Part shown: positions 1-8,568 of the stretch, in pieces
How the letters are laid out: the number at the start of each line of letters is the position of its first letter
How positions within the stretch are numbered: the first letter of the stretch is position 1
NCBI GenBank assembly: GCA_964646705.1
Contig: CAZYEW010000008.1
Location: 1 to 37,258 of the forward strand
Direction of reading: 5' to 3'
DNA from: an uncultured Sulfurimonas sp.
GTDB taxonomy: Bacteria; Campylobacterota; Campylobacteria; Campylobacterales; Sulfurimonadaceae
DNA: 37,258 nucleotides
Program-made: the position numbers and the translations under genes
The notes under the pieces: generated by a model
What the model saw: the letters and a program-made list of their open reading frames with translations, nothing else
The model's database searches: none
What the model was told of the DNA's origin: nothing

Positions 1-20
1 GCTGGCTGGGGATCGCATAG

Positions 21-1160
21 ATGGCGGCGGTCGACAAAAACGTTGTCGCCCTGGGATGGGTGAGTTTTTTTACCGATTTGGCATCGGCGATGATCACGCC
101 GCTGCTGCCGGTGTACGTCGTGACCGTCCTGCACGAAGGGATGGACAAACTCGGCGTGATCGTCGCGCTGGCGACGTTCGTGTCGTATGCGCTGCGGCTT
201 GTTTCGGGTTATCTTTCGGATCGCTACGGCATCGTCAAGCCGCTGGTCGTGACCGGCTACACGCTTTCGGCGTTCTCCAAACCGCTGCTGGCGTTCGCGC
301 AGCACTGGCAGGGGGTCGCGGCGCTTCGGGCGACGGAGCGGCTGGGCAAGGCGCTGCGTTCGGCACCCAAAGACGCGATGATCGCCGCCTACGGCGGAAA
401 ACGCCAGGGGCGGACGTTCGGGTTTCACAAAACGATGGACATCGCCGGCGAGCTGACCGGCATGTTCGTCGTTTTCGTGCTGCTGTACCGGCTGGGCAGC
501 TCCGAGGCCGTGATTCGGGATATTTTTCTATGGACGCTGCTGCCGGGACTGGCGGGCGTGGCGGTGCTGCTGCTGTTCGTGCGCGATGTCCCCAAACGGC
601 CCGAGCCGACGGCCGCTTTTACGCTCAATCCCGCCGACCGCGCGGTGCTGCACGGGCTTTTGCCGTATTTTGTCTTTTTGTTTTTCATGTTCGGTGATGC
701 GTTTTTTACGATGCAGGCCAAAACCGCGGGCATCGCGACGGCGACGCTGCCGCTGCTGTTCATGGTCTCGACCGGCGTGCAGACGCTGGCAAGCTACGCG
801 GTCGGTATCGGCGTCGACCGCTACGGGGCACCGAGGCTGCTTGGCATCGGTCTGGTCGCGGGAACGGCCGCCCAGGCATTGCTGTGGCCGGTGCATCCGG
901 CAGCGACCTGGGCGGCGTATGCGCTGATGGGGTTTTTTACCGTGACGACGCTCAATGCGGCGCGGGCTCACATTGCGGCGAATGCCGAACACCGGGCGTC
1001 GGTGTACGGAGTTTTCTATGCGGCCGTGGCGCTGTGCGGCGGGCTGGGTGCGACGCTGGCGGGATGGCTGTGGGAATACGTTTCGATGCCCGCGGCGCTG
1101 GGGACGGCACTGGCGGGGACGGCGGCGGCGACGGGATGGTACCTTATGCGTTCGCGTTGA
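21..1160 (+). CDS. MFS transporter
   Basis: 379 aa, about 12 hydrophobic segments, MFS motif A-like GYLSDRYG and GVDRYG. The ATG directly follows a TAG at 18-20, suggesting an upstream operon gene cut by the window edge. Confidence 0.85.
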   Translation: MAAVDKNVVALGWVSFFTDLASAMITPLLPVYVVTVLHEGMDKLGVIVALATFVSYALRLVSGYLSDRYGIVKPLVVTGYTLSAFSKPLLAFAQHWQGVAALRATERLGKALRSAPKDAMIAAYGGKRQGRTFGFHKTMDIAGELTGMFVVFVLLYRLGSSEAVIRDIFLWTLLPGLAGVAVLLLFVRDVPKRPEPTAAFTLNPADRAVLHGLLPYFVFLFFMFGDAFFTMQAKTAGIATATLPLLFMVSTGVQTLASYAVGIGVDRYGAPRLLGIGLVAGTAAQALLWPVHPAATWAAYALMGFFTVTTLNAARAHIAANAEHRASVYGVFYAAVALCGGLGATLAGWLWEYVSMPAALGTALAGTAAATGWYLMRSR

Positions 1161-1758
1161 GCCACCGCTCGCCGTCTTTGGCGAGGATACCTTCTTTTTG
1201 CAGTTTTTTCAGTGTCCGCGAGAACGTTTCGGGGGTCAGATTGAGCATGCGCGCGATTTCGTAGTGGCGCATGGTATTGAGCAGTTCGGGGCTGTTTTTC
1301 ACAAGCGAAACGACCCGTTCTCCGGCGTCCATGACCATGCCGCGTTCGATGACCGTTTCGAGCATTTTGACCTTTTGGCTGAGCGAAGCGACAAGGCGCC
1401 GGGCCATGTCGGGATGGCCGAAAAACAGCTCTTCGAAGGCCGAAGCGTCGATTCGGATCACTTCGCCGTCGGTTTCGAATTCGGCGGTCGCCGGGTAGGG
1501 GATGTTCTGCATCAGCGCGACCTCGGCGATCAGGCTTACGGGCGTGAAGTTGTGCAAAACGATTTCGCGCTCGTTGGAGGTTGTTTTGTAGAGTTTGAGG
1601 TGGCCGCGGGTCAAGACGGTCAGGTATTCGGGCCGCTCCCCCTGGTAGAAAAGGATTTCACCTTTGGTGTAGGTGCGGATTTTCGACATCGCGTGCAGTC
1701 GCGCGAGGGCGTCGTCGTCGAGGTATTCGAAAAGGGGGATCGATTTCAAACGGTTCAT
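1144..1758 (-). CDS. Crp/Fnr family transcriptional regulator, NssR/Dnr-like (no cysteines)
   Basis: Start moved to ATG 1758 (MNRLKSIPLF, AAGAAGG upstream). cNMP-like domain (KGEILFYQGE, YPATA) and HTH with recognition helix LTPETFSR. No Cys, so not an [4Fe-4S] FNR. Confidence 0.9.
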   Translation of the reverse strand: MNRLKSIPLFEYLDDDALARLHAMSKIRTYTKGEILFYQGERPEYLTVLTRGHLKLYKTTSNEREIVLHNFTPVSLIAEVALMQNIPYPATAEFETDGEVIRIDASAFEELFFGHPDMARRLVASLSQKVKMLETVIERGMVMDAGERVVSLVKNSPELLNTMRHYEIARMLNLTPETFSRTLKKLQKEGILAKDGERWLNANA

Positions 1759-1767
1759 GGAGCCTTC

Positions 1768-1809
1768 TTGATACGGGTCAATGCAAAGTTGCTGGCATCG
1801 TTTTATGAT
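1768..1809 (+). promoter_or_regulatory. Fnr/Nss-type box TTGAT-ACGG-GTCAA (1768-1781) with -10 TATGAT (1804-1809)
   Basis: Near-consensus TTGA-N6-TCAA. Centre 1774.5 is 29.5 nt before the -10, i.e. about -41.5 class II activator geometry for the 1839 operon. Confidence 0.8.
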
Positions 1810-1816
1810 TGCGGAA

Positions 1817-1822
1817 ATTATA
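1817..1822 (-). promoter_or_regulatory. Putative -10 (TATAAT) of the Crp/Fnr regulator gene
   Basis: attata on the + strand equals TATAAT on the - strand, about 60 nt upstream of ATG 1758. Confidence 0.5.
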
Positions 1823-1838
1823 ACCAAAGGAACGCAAA

Positions 1839-2186
1839 ATGGAACTGTTGCCTCCCGATGCACAAAAAACCGAGGTGGCCGGCGCTTCGGTCGATTTTTA
1901 CACGTACGCAAAGGACGGCGTGACCTATTATCAGTTCGATACGTCGAAGATGGGACCGCCCGAGCCGATGGTCAATGCGATGAGCGGTTTGAAACTGATC
2001 GACGGACCGGACAAGAAGCTGGTGATGATCAACCACAAAATGCCGATGGGCCTGCTGGAAAAAATCTCCGAAAATTACGCGATCGAAACCGAAAAACTCG
2101 ACGACGGGCGTGTCAAACTGGTTTTCTCGTACAAACCGGGCGAAAGCGAGAAAGCGGCCCTCGACGACGCGGCGTGCCACGGCTGA
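1839..2186 (+). CDS. TusA/SirA-fold-like (DUF2249-like) small protein
   Basis: 115 aa, RBS AAAGGA. FDTSKMGPPEPMVNAM resembles the LDxRGLxPPEP motif and LVMINHKMPMGL resembles the INxHxPxPL motif of DUF2249. Confidence 0.6.
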   Translation: MELLPPDAQKTEVAGASVDFYTYAKDGVTYYQFDTSKMGPPEPMVNAMSGLKLIDGPDKKLVMINHKMPMGLLEKISENYAIETEKLDDGRVKLVFSYKPGESEKAALDDAACHG

Positions 2187-2189
2187 TCG

Positions 2190-3428
2190 ATGTTCGCCGT
2201 CACCCGTGATTTCGCCCCGCCGTTTCGGCTGATTGCACCCTATTTCCTGACCGGTGTCGTTTTTTATGCGGCAAGTGCGCTGTTCGCACTGACGTTCGAC
2301 GTGTCGTCGCTGGGGTTTATGGACCCCGTTGTCATCGGGTGGGCGCACCTGTATCTGCTGGGGTTCGTCATGATGGTGATTTTCGGTGCGATGGCGCAGC
2401 TGGTACCGGTGGTGCTCGAGACGGGCCATTTCGCCGTCGATCTGTATTACGTCATCGGACCGATGCTGGCGCTGGGCACGGCGATGATGGCGGGCGGGTT
2501 CGCATGGGCTCCGATGCTGCTGCCTTTCGGCGGGACGGTGGTGCTGGCGGCGATGATGATTTTCGTGTTCGACGTCTTTATGACGATCCGAAAAATCACC
2601 GAACCGCTCAATTTCGCGATGCGCAGCGTCGTGGTGTCGAATACGTTCTTGTTTTTCGGCGTCATCTTCGGCATCGTGCTGGCACTCGGCTATGCCGGGC
2701 TTGTCGGCGTCGATTTGGTCGCATTGCTCAAAGCGCATGTCTTTTTGGTCGTCGTCGGCTATGTCTTCGTCACGGTCATCGGCCTGTCGATGGTGCTGAT
2801 TCCGATGTTCGGGCTGTCGCACGATTTTTCGTGGAAGCCCGTCGAACGCGCGCTGGTGCTGGTGAGCGCTTCGGTCGCTGCCGTGGTGCTGGGTGCGCTT
2901 TTCGAAACGGCACTGTTGTCGTGGACGGGATATGCGCTGGCGTCGGCGGGAACGGTGCTGTACGGTTACGAAATCGTGACGCTTTACCGTACCCGGGCCC
3001 GTAAAGAAAACGATATCTACGCCAAATCGCTGTTCGTTGCCTACGGTGCGATGGCCCTTTCGGTGCTGCTGGCGGGACTGTACCTGCTAAACGGCAGCGA
3101 CGCGGCGATGCTCGCGGCCGGCTGGCTGGCGTTTACAGGTTTTTTCGGCTTTTTGATTACGGGGCATCTGTACAAGATCGTTCCGTTTTTGGTCTGGTTC
3201 GAGCGTTTTTCGCCGCTGGTCGGCAAGCAGAAGGTTCCGATGCTCGCGGAGATGGTACCTTTGCGCAGCGCGAACATGCAGCTGGTCTATACGGCGGCGG
3301 GCGTGTTCACCGGGGCGGCGGGGCTGCTTGCGGGCAGCGGCGAACTGTTCAAGGCGGGTGCGGCGCTGATGGCGGCGGGCGCACTTTTTTTGATGCACAG
3401 TATGGTTTTTATGATGAGGTACAGATGA
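2190..3428 (+). CDS. Polytopic (~12 TM) membrane protein with NnrS/heme-copper-oxidase-subunit-I-like repeats, function unknown
   Basis: 412 aa, hydrophobic, three related segments: HLYLLGFVMMVIFGAMAQLVP, HVFLVVVGYVFVTVIGLSMVLIP, WLAFTGFFGFLITGHLYKIVP. Confidence 0.6.
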   Translation: MFAVTRDFAPPFRLIAPYFLTGVVFYAASALFALTFDVSSLGFMDPVVIGWAHLYLLGFVMMVIFGAMAQLVPVVLETGHFAVDLYYVIGPMLALGTAMMAGGFAWAPMLLPFGGTVVLAAMMIFVFDVFMTIRKITEPLNFAMRSVVVSNTFLFFGVIFGIVLALGYAGLVGVDLVALLKAHVFLVVVGYVFVTVIGLSMVLIPMFGLSHDFSWKPVERALVLVSASVAAVVLGALFETALLSWTGYALASAGTVLYGYEIVTLYRTRARKENDIYAKSLFVAYGAMALSVLLAGLYLLNGSDAAMLAAGWLAFTGFFGFLITGHLYKIVPFLVWFERFSPLVGKQKVPMLAEMVPLRSANMQLVYTAAGVFTGAAGLLAGSGELFKAGAALMAAGALFLMHSMVFMMRYR

Positions 3429-3733
3429 AACAGCCAACCGAAGCAGAAATTTACGATGCGATCGCGACGGTCGTCGATCCCGAAGTGGGATTCAATCTGG
3501 TGGAAATGGGACTGATCTACGGCGTCGATATCGGCGAAGGCGGTCATGTCGTCGTGACGATGACGCTTTCGACCAAGGCGTGCCCGCTGCACCAGATGAT
3601 CGTGCAGTGGGTCAAAGATGCCTGCGAAAAAGTCGAAGGCGTCAAGGCGTGCGAGGTGAACGTCGTGTGGGAACCGGCTTGGAACATCACGATGGCCTCG
3701 GACAACGTCAAAAAAGCGCTGGGCGGAATGTGA
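3425..3733 (+). CDS. DUF59/SufT/MIP18-family metal-sulfur cluster assembly factor
   Basis: DPE-x26-T-x3-CP pattern (VVDPEVGFNLVEMGLIY...MTLSTKACP) and WEPAW. ATGA overlap with the upstream stop. Confidence 0.9.
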   Translation: MKQPTEAEIYDAIATVVDPEVGFNLVEMGLIYGVDIGEGGHVVVTMTLSTKACPLHQMIVQWVKDACEKVEGVKACEVNVVWEPAWNITMASDNVKKALGGM

Positions 3734-3936
3734 AACGCACCCTGCGCCATCTTTACGGTGCCGGCGCGCTCTTTTTTTATTTCTTCAAATGGCCTTTTGC
3801 GGCAGGGCTTCCCCTGTTGTACGGCTATTACGGACTGCACGACAATCCGATCCTCGACGTGCTGTGGCTTTACTGTACGGCACTGATCGCTAAAGATGCG
3901 GTGCTTTTCTTTTTGAAACATTTCAGACATCGGTGA
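3730..3936 (+). CDS. Small hypothetical membrane protein (68 aa)
   Basis: GTG start overlapping the DUF59 stop (GTGA), two hydrophobic segments, fills the gap before the TA promoter. Confidence 0.55.
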   Translation: MKRTLRHLYGAGALFFYFFKWPFAAGLPLLYGYYGLHDNPILDVLWLYCTALIAKDAVLFFLKHFRHR

Positions 3937-3942
3937 AGAACG

Positions 3943-3980
3943 TGGTAGAATATCCAATATAGAAGTCGGATATAGATCCG
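3943..3980 (+). promoter_or_regulatory. TA operon promoter: extended -10 TGgTAGAAT and palindromic operator candidate CGGAT-ATAG-ATCCG
   Basis: TG 3943-3944, TAGAAT 3946-3951, inverted repeat 3967-3980 just before RBS AAAGGAG. Confidence 0.5.
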
Positions 3981-3993
3981 GTCAAAGGAGTGG

Positions 3994-4251
3994 ATGATGA
4001 TGACGATAGGAATTGCCGAAATCAGCAAGAATACCGCACTGTTCAATCGTGAAGATATTTTTGAAATCATCGATAAAAAAAGCAAAAAAGAAAAGTATAT
4101 CGCTATTCCGGCGAAATACCGTTCGCTGCTTGAAGACGTCATCGCCGAAATCGAATACCGTCGCTGGCTGGAAAAAAATGCAGCGGCACTCGCCAGTGAT
4201 GAAAGTGCCGAATTCGAAGAGGCCGCCAAAGCGGTGATGGAGCGGCTGTGA
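3994..4251 (+). CDS. Putative type II antitoxin (Phd/YefM-like N-terminus)
   Basis: 85 aa, strong RBS, acidic C-terminus, stop overlaps the toxin start (GTGA). Confidence 0.65.
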   Translation: MMMTIGIAEISKNTALFNREDIFEIIDKKSKKEKYIAIPAKYRSLLEDVIAEIEYRRWLEKNAAALASDESAEFEEAAKAVMERL

Positions 4252-4601
4252 TTCGGTGCGGCGAGATCTATCTTGCCGATCTCAACCGTGCGCGCATGCA
4301 CAATATGGCGAAGATACGGCCGGTACTGGTTTTTCAAAACGATTTTCTCAACCGTGCGCTTCATGAAACGCTGTATGCGGACGTAACGGTCGTGCCGCTT
4401 ACGACGCGGTGCAGGGGCGGGGAATACCGCGTTGCGTTGCAGCCGAGGGATGCATTGGCGCAGCCGAGTGAAATCGTCTGTAATGCCGTGTGCACAATCC
4501 GTGCCGATTTGCTCTTGATGGCCGAAGGGGCGCTCACACGGTTGAACACGGAAGAGATGGCTCGGGTCAAAGCAGCGGTTCAAGCAGTTTTTGCGTGCTA
4601 A
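4248..4601 (+). CDS. PemK/MazF family toxin (mRNA interferase)
   Basis: GEIYLADLN...KIRPVLVFQND...VVPLTT signature, 117 aa. Confidence 0.88.
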   Translation: MIRCGEIYLADLNRARMHNMAKIRPVLVFQNDFLNRALHETLYADVTVVPLTTRCRGGEYRVALQPRDALAQPSEIVCNAVCTIRADLLLMAEGALTRLNTEEMARVKAAVQAVFAC

Positions 4602-4623
4602 AACAGTACAGAAAGGAGCAACA

Positions 4624-4974
4624 ATGCAACGCTATCTCGGCAAACGCAAAGAGTTGAAAATCTATATCAGCAATGAAGATACCTACGAAGGAAAGCCGCT
4701 TTACGAAGTGCTGCTGGCCCTGGCGAAAGACAAAGCGATTGCGGGTGCGACGGTTTTCAAAGCCGTTGCGGGCATGGGGGCGCATTCGGAGATTCGCACG
4801 TTCAGCGCCTGGGTGCTGCAGCAGAAAGTCCCGCTGGTCGTGACGATGATCGACACCGACGAAAAAATTTCGGCTTTTTTGGAAGCGGCGTCGGCGATGA
4901 TCGAAGAAGGGCTGGTGACGATGAACGATATCGAAGTCGTGCGGTATACGCACCCGAAATTCGGAGCGTCGTGA
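4624..4974 (+). CDS. DUF190 (COG1993, PII-like) protein
   Basis: Start moved to ATG 4624 (RBS AAAGGAG). LKIYISNEDTYEGKPLYE...GATVFKAVAGMG...EGLVT motifs; adjacent to crcB. Confidence 0.88.
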   Translation: MQRYLGKRKELKIYISNEDTYEGKPLYEVLLALAKDKAIAGATVFKAVAGMGAHSEIRTFSAWVLQQKVPLVVTMIDTDEKISAFLEAASAMIEEGLVTMNDIEVVRYTHPKFGAS

Positions 4975-5354
4975 TGCAGTGGACGTTGCTGCTGGCCGTA
5001 GGAAGCGGCGGTTTCGCGGGGGCGATTTTGCGTTTTTTGATCAGCGGCTGGGTACAGAAAACGACGGGAGCGTTTTTTCCCGTCGGTACGCTCGGCGTCA
5101 ATGTCCTGGGAAGTTTCGTCATCGGTTTCGCCGCGCTTTATTTCGAAGCCGTCGTCGCGCCGCATCAAAAAGCGCTGGTCATTACGGGCATGCTCGGTGC
5201 GCTGACGACCTTTTCGACCTTTTCGCTCGAAACCGTGACGATGCTGCAAGGCGGCCTGTGGGGGCGTGCCGCGGCGAACGTGACGCTCAACGCTTTGTTG
5301 TGCGTGGCGGCGACGCTGCTCGGGATGATGCTGTTCCGGCGCCTGTACGGGTAG
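4971..5354 (+). CDS. crcB: Fluoride channel Fluc/CrcB
   Basis: GGFAGAILRF, FPVGTLGVNVLGSF and GMLGALTTFSTFSLE motifs; 4 TM. Confidence 0.95.
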   Translation: MMQWTLLLAVGSGGFAGAILRFLISGWVQKTTGAFFPVGTLGVNVLGSFVIGFAALYFEAVVAPHQKALVITGMLGALTTFSTFSLETVTMLQGGLWGRAAANVTLNALLCVAATLLGMMLFRRLYG

Positions 5355-5357
5355 GCG

Positions 5358-5912
5358 ATGGCATCGCTGTATCAATTTCTGCTGGCACATTTCTCGTACG
5401 GCGTTTTGTTCGTCTGGAGCATTTTTGAAGGCGAAGTCGGCCTGATGCTCGCCGGTTTCTTCGCGCATCAGAAACATTTCGATTTTGCCGCGGTCATTGC
5501 CGTCGCCATCGTCGGTGCCGTGGTCGGAGATACACTGTTGTACGGCACGGGATACTTTTCTGCTCCCACAGTGCGCCGATGGCTGCGTCGCTACGGCCCG
5601 AAGCTCGACACGATCGAAGCGTGGTTCCGGCGCTACGGAGGGCTGGTGATCGTTTTTGAGCGTTTCGTGTACGGTACGCATATTCCGGCACTGCTGCTGA
5701 TCGGCATGTCGCGATACGGGTTTTTGCGTTTTTTGCTGCTGGATGTGCTCGGCGTGACAATGTGGGCCGTGACGTTCACCTGGGTGGGGTACGCTTTCGG
5801 ACAGACGATGATCGACGTGTTCGCGCTGGTTCAGCGCCATGTGAGCGTGGCGGTTTTGCTGATGCTGTCGGGCATACTGCTGTATCGGCTGCATCGTGAT
5901 GCAGCGTCGTAA
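5358..5912 (+). CDS. DedA family membrane protein
   Basis: FEGEVGLMLAGF, GAVVGDTLLY and RYGGLVIVFERFVYG motifs. Confidence 0.88.
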   Translation: MASLYQFLLAHFSYGVLFVWSIFEGEVGLMLAGFFAHQKHFDFAAVIAVAIVGAVVGDTLLYGTGYFSAPTVRRWLRRYGPKLDTIEAWFRRYGGLVIVFERFVYGTHIPALLLIGMSRYGFLRFLLLDVLGVTMWAVTFTWVGYAFGQTMIDVFALVQRHVSVAVLLMLSGILLYRLHRDAAS

Positions 5913-5968
5913 CTATGAATTAACGCTAATGTAATACAATAAGACATCACAAGGATCAAGGCAGAAAG

Positions 5969-8557
5969 ATGGAAACGACCAAGACGGAAAAAGATGGTTT
6001 AGACGACTTGACGGGCCTCAGTGCCGAGGAGGCACGTCGTCGGCTGAAAGAGTACGGCCCCAACGCCATCGAAGAAAAAGAAGAAAGCTGGTGGCACCGG
6101 CTGTTTCGGCGGTTCTGGGGACCCATTCCGTGGATGATCGAAGTTGCCGCCGTACTCTCGGCCGCCGTGCAGCGCTGGGAAGACTTCACGATCATCACGA
6201 TATTGCTTTTCGTCAACGCCATCGTCGATTTCTATCAGGAATCCAGGGCGCTCAGCGCCATCGCCGTGCTCAAGAAGAAACTGGCCCGCAAGGCACTGGT
6301 ACTGCGTGAGGGAACGTGGCGGCAGATCGACGCCAAAGAGATCGTGCCCGGCGATATCGTCAAACTCAAAATCGGCGATATCGTTCCTGCCGACGCACGG
6401 CTGCTCGGCGGCGGGGAATTTTTGCAGATCGACCAGTCGGCACTGACGGGAGAATCGCTGCCGGTGAATCGCAAAGCGACCGATGCGGTCTATGCCAACG
6501 GCATCGTCAAGCAAGGTGAGATGATTGCTGAAGTGACGGCAACGGGGGCGCATACCTATTTCGGAAAGACCGTCGGACTGGTGGCCAAAGCCGAGCGCGA
6601 AGAACGCAGCCATTTTCAGAAAATGGTCCTGACCGTCGGCAATTTCCTGATTGCCGTCACGGCCGTGATGATCGCGATCATTCTCTATTTCGGTATCGAG
6701 CGCAACGAATCGGTGGTCGAGCTGCTGATTTTTTCGCTGGTATTGACCATCTCGGCCATTCCCGTCGCGATGCCGGCGGTGTTGACGGTGACGATGGCTG
6801 TAGGCGCACGGGTGCTGGCGGCCAAAGAAGCGATCGTAACGCGGCTGGCTTCGATCGAGGAATTGGCGGGCATGGATGTGCTGTGTTCGGACAAAACCGG
6901 CACTTTGACGCAAAACCGCATGACGCTTGCCGATCCGTTCGTCGTGGGGAGTTTTTCGCCCGAAGATCTCTTTTTCTATGCGGCACTCGCGAGCAAAAAA
7001 GAGAATGAAGACCCGATCGAACAGCCGATTTTCGAAAAGGTCGATGCCATCGGCATCGCTTCGAAACTCGGCAGCTATACGCTCAAAAAGTTCGTTCCTT
7101 TCGATCCGGTACGCAAACGCACCGAAGCGGTGGTGGCGCACAAGGGGTGCGATCTTGTCGTCACCAAGGGCGCACCGCAGGTGATTTTGGCCTTAAGCGA
7201 GGTGGACGACGCTGCCAAGAAACAGATTTCCGATCAGATCGACACCTTTGCCGGCCGCGGTTTCCGCACCCTGGGCGTGGCGTATCGCAAATGCGAAGAA
7301 GAGCACTACACGTTCGTCGGACTGATCCCGCTGTTCGATCCGCCGCGCGAAGATTCCAAAGAGGCGATCGCCGCGGCCAAAGGGTACGGTGTCAGTGTCA
7401 AGATGGTGACCGGCGACAACATTGCCGTAGCCCGTTACATCGCCCGGCTGCTCGATATCGGCGATGCGATCGAAGACGTGCGCGAACTGCGCGGCCAGAG
7501 CATGAAAGAATATGTGATGCTGTCGGAAGTGCTGGCGCACGCTTTTACCAAAGTGCTGCGTCCCGACCTGGACAAGGCGGCGATCGAGAAACTGACGAAT
7601 TCTATCGTCGAAGCCGTGAAAGACGAGCTGACGCATACGCCGCTGCCGACGGGGGTCGTGAAGAAGCACGAGTCGGAAATCGTCGCGCTGATCGAAAGAG
7701 CCGACGGATTCGCGCAGGTTTTCCCCGAAGACAAATATTTCATCGTCGACAAGCTGCAAAAAGCCGACCATATCGTCGGCATGACCGGCGACGGCGTCAA
7801 CGATGCGCCGGCACTGAAAAAGGCCGACTGCGGCATCGCCGTCAGCGGGGCGACCGACGCGGCGCGTGCGGCGGCGGACATCGTGCTGATGGCACCGGGA
7901 CTTTCGGTCATTACCGATGCCGTCCGCGAAGCACGCATTACCTTCGAGCGGATGAAGAGCTATACGATTTACCGCATCGCCGAGACGATCCGTATTATCA
8001 TCTTCATGACGCTGGCGATCGTGATGTTCAATTTTTATCCGGTGACGGCGATCATGATTATTTTGCTGGCACTGCTCAACGATCTGCCGATCCTGATGAT
8101 CGCCACGGACAATACGAAAATGCATAAAAGCCCCGTGCGCTGGGATATGAAAGAGATGCTGGTGCTTTCGACGTGGCTGGGAATCGCGGGCGTGCTGTCG
8201 TCGTTCACGCTGTTTTGGATCGCGATGTCGGTGATGCAGCTGCCGCTCGATTATATCCAGTCGATGTTTTTCGTCAAGCTGATCGTCGCCGGGCACAATA
8301 CCATTTTCAATACCCGCATCGACGACTGGTTTTTCAAGCGTCCGTGGCCTTCGGGCAAGCTGTTCTGGATTTCGCAGGCGACGGCGGTCGCAGGAACGAT
8401 CATCGGGGTGTACGGTTTCGACCTGATGATGCCCATCGGCTGGGACATGGCGATTTTCCTGTGGATCTACGCGCTCAGCTGGTTCGTCTTCAACGATGCG
8501 GTCAAGATTGCCGTCATTCGCTTCTATCGCCGCAAATATCACGAAGATATTCTCTAA
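5969..8557 (+). CDS. Plasma-membrane proton-efflux P-type ATPase (P3A, Pma1/AHA-like)
   Basis: FWGPIPWMIE, TGES, IPVAMPAVLTVTMAVGA, DKTGTLT, KGAP, TGDN, GDGVNDAPALKKAD, M5 YRIAET and M6 LLNDLP. Possible -10 TACAAT at 5935-5940. Confidence 0.9.
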   Translation: METTKTEKDGLDDLTGLSAEEARRRLKEYGPNAIEEKEESWWHRLFRRFWGPIPWMIEVAAVLSAAVQRWEDFTIITILLFVNAIVDFYQESRALSAIAVLKKKLARKALVLREGTWRQIDAKEIVPGDIVKLKIGDIVPADARLLGGGEFLQIDQSALTGESLPVNRKATDAVYANGIVKQGEMIAEVTATGAHTYFGKTVGLVAKAEREERSHFQKMVLTVGNFLIAVTAVMIAIILYFGIERNESVVELLIFSLVLTISAIPVAMPAVLTVTMAVGARVLAAKEAIVTRLASIEELAGMDVLCSDKTGTLTQNRMTLADPFVVGSFSPEDLFFYAALASKKENEDPIEQPIFEKVDAIGIASKLGSYTLKKFVPFDPVRKRTEAVVAHKGCDLVVTKGAPQVILALSEVDDAAKKQISDQIDTFAGRGFRTLGVAYRKCEEEHYTFVGLIPLFDPPREDSKEAIAAAKGYGVSVKMVTGDNIAVARYIARLLDIGDAIEDVRELRGQSMKEYVMLSEVLAHAFTKVLRPDLDKAAIEKLTNSIVEAVKDELTHTPLPTGVVKKHESEIVALIERADGFAQVFPEDKYFIVDKLQKADHIVGMTGDGVNDAPALKKADCGIAVSGATDAARAAADIVLMAPGLSVITDAVREARITFERMKSYTIYRIAETIRIIIFMTLAIVMFNFYPVTAIMIILLALLNDLPILMIATDNTKMHKSPVRWDMKEMLVLSTWLGIAGVLSSFTLFWIAMSVMQLPLDYIQSMFFVKLIVAGHNTIFNTRIDDWFFKRPWPSGKLFWISQATAVAGTIIGVYGFDLMMPIGWDMAIFLWIYALSWFVFNDAVKIAVIRFYRRKYHEDIL

Positions 8558-8568
8558 AAGGCAACGCG

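Noticed and set aside
3937-4623. Fluoride riboswitch upstream of DUF190-crcB
   Set aside because: No GGCGATGG...CGCC / TGATG pseudoknot pattern seen in the intergenic gaps. The ggcgatgg at 5354-5361 is the dedA start. An Rfam scan would settle it.
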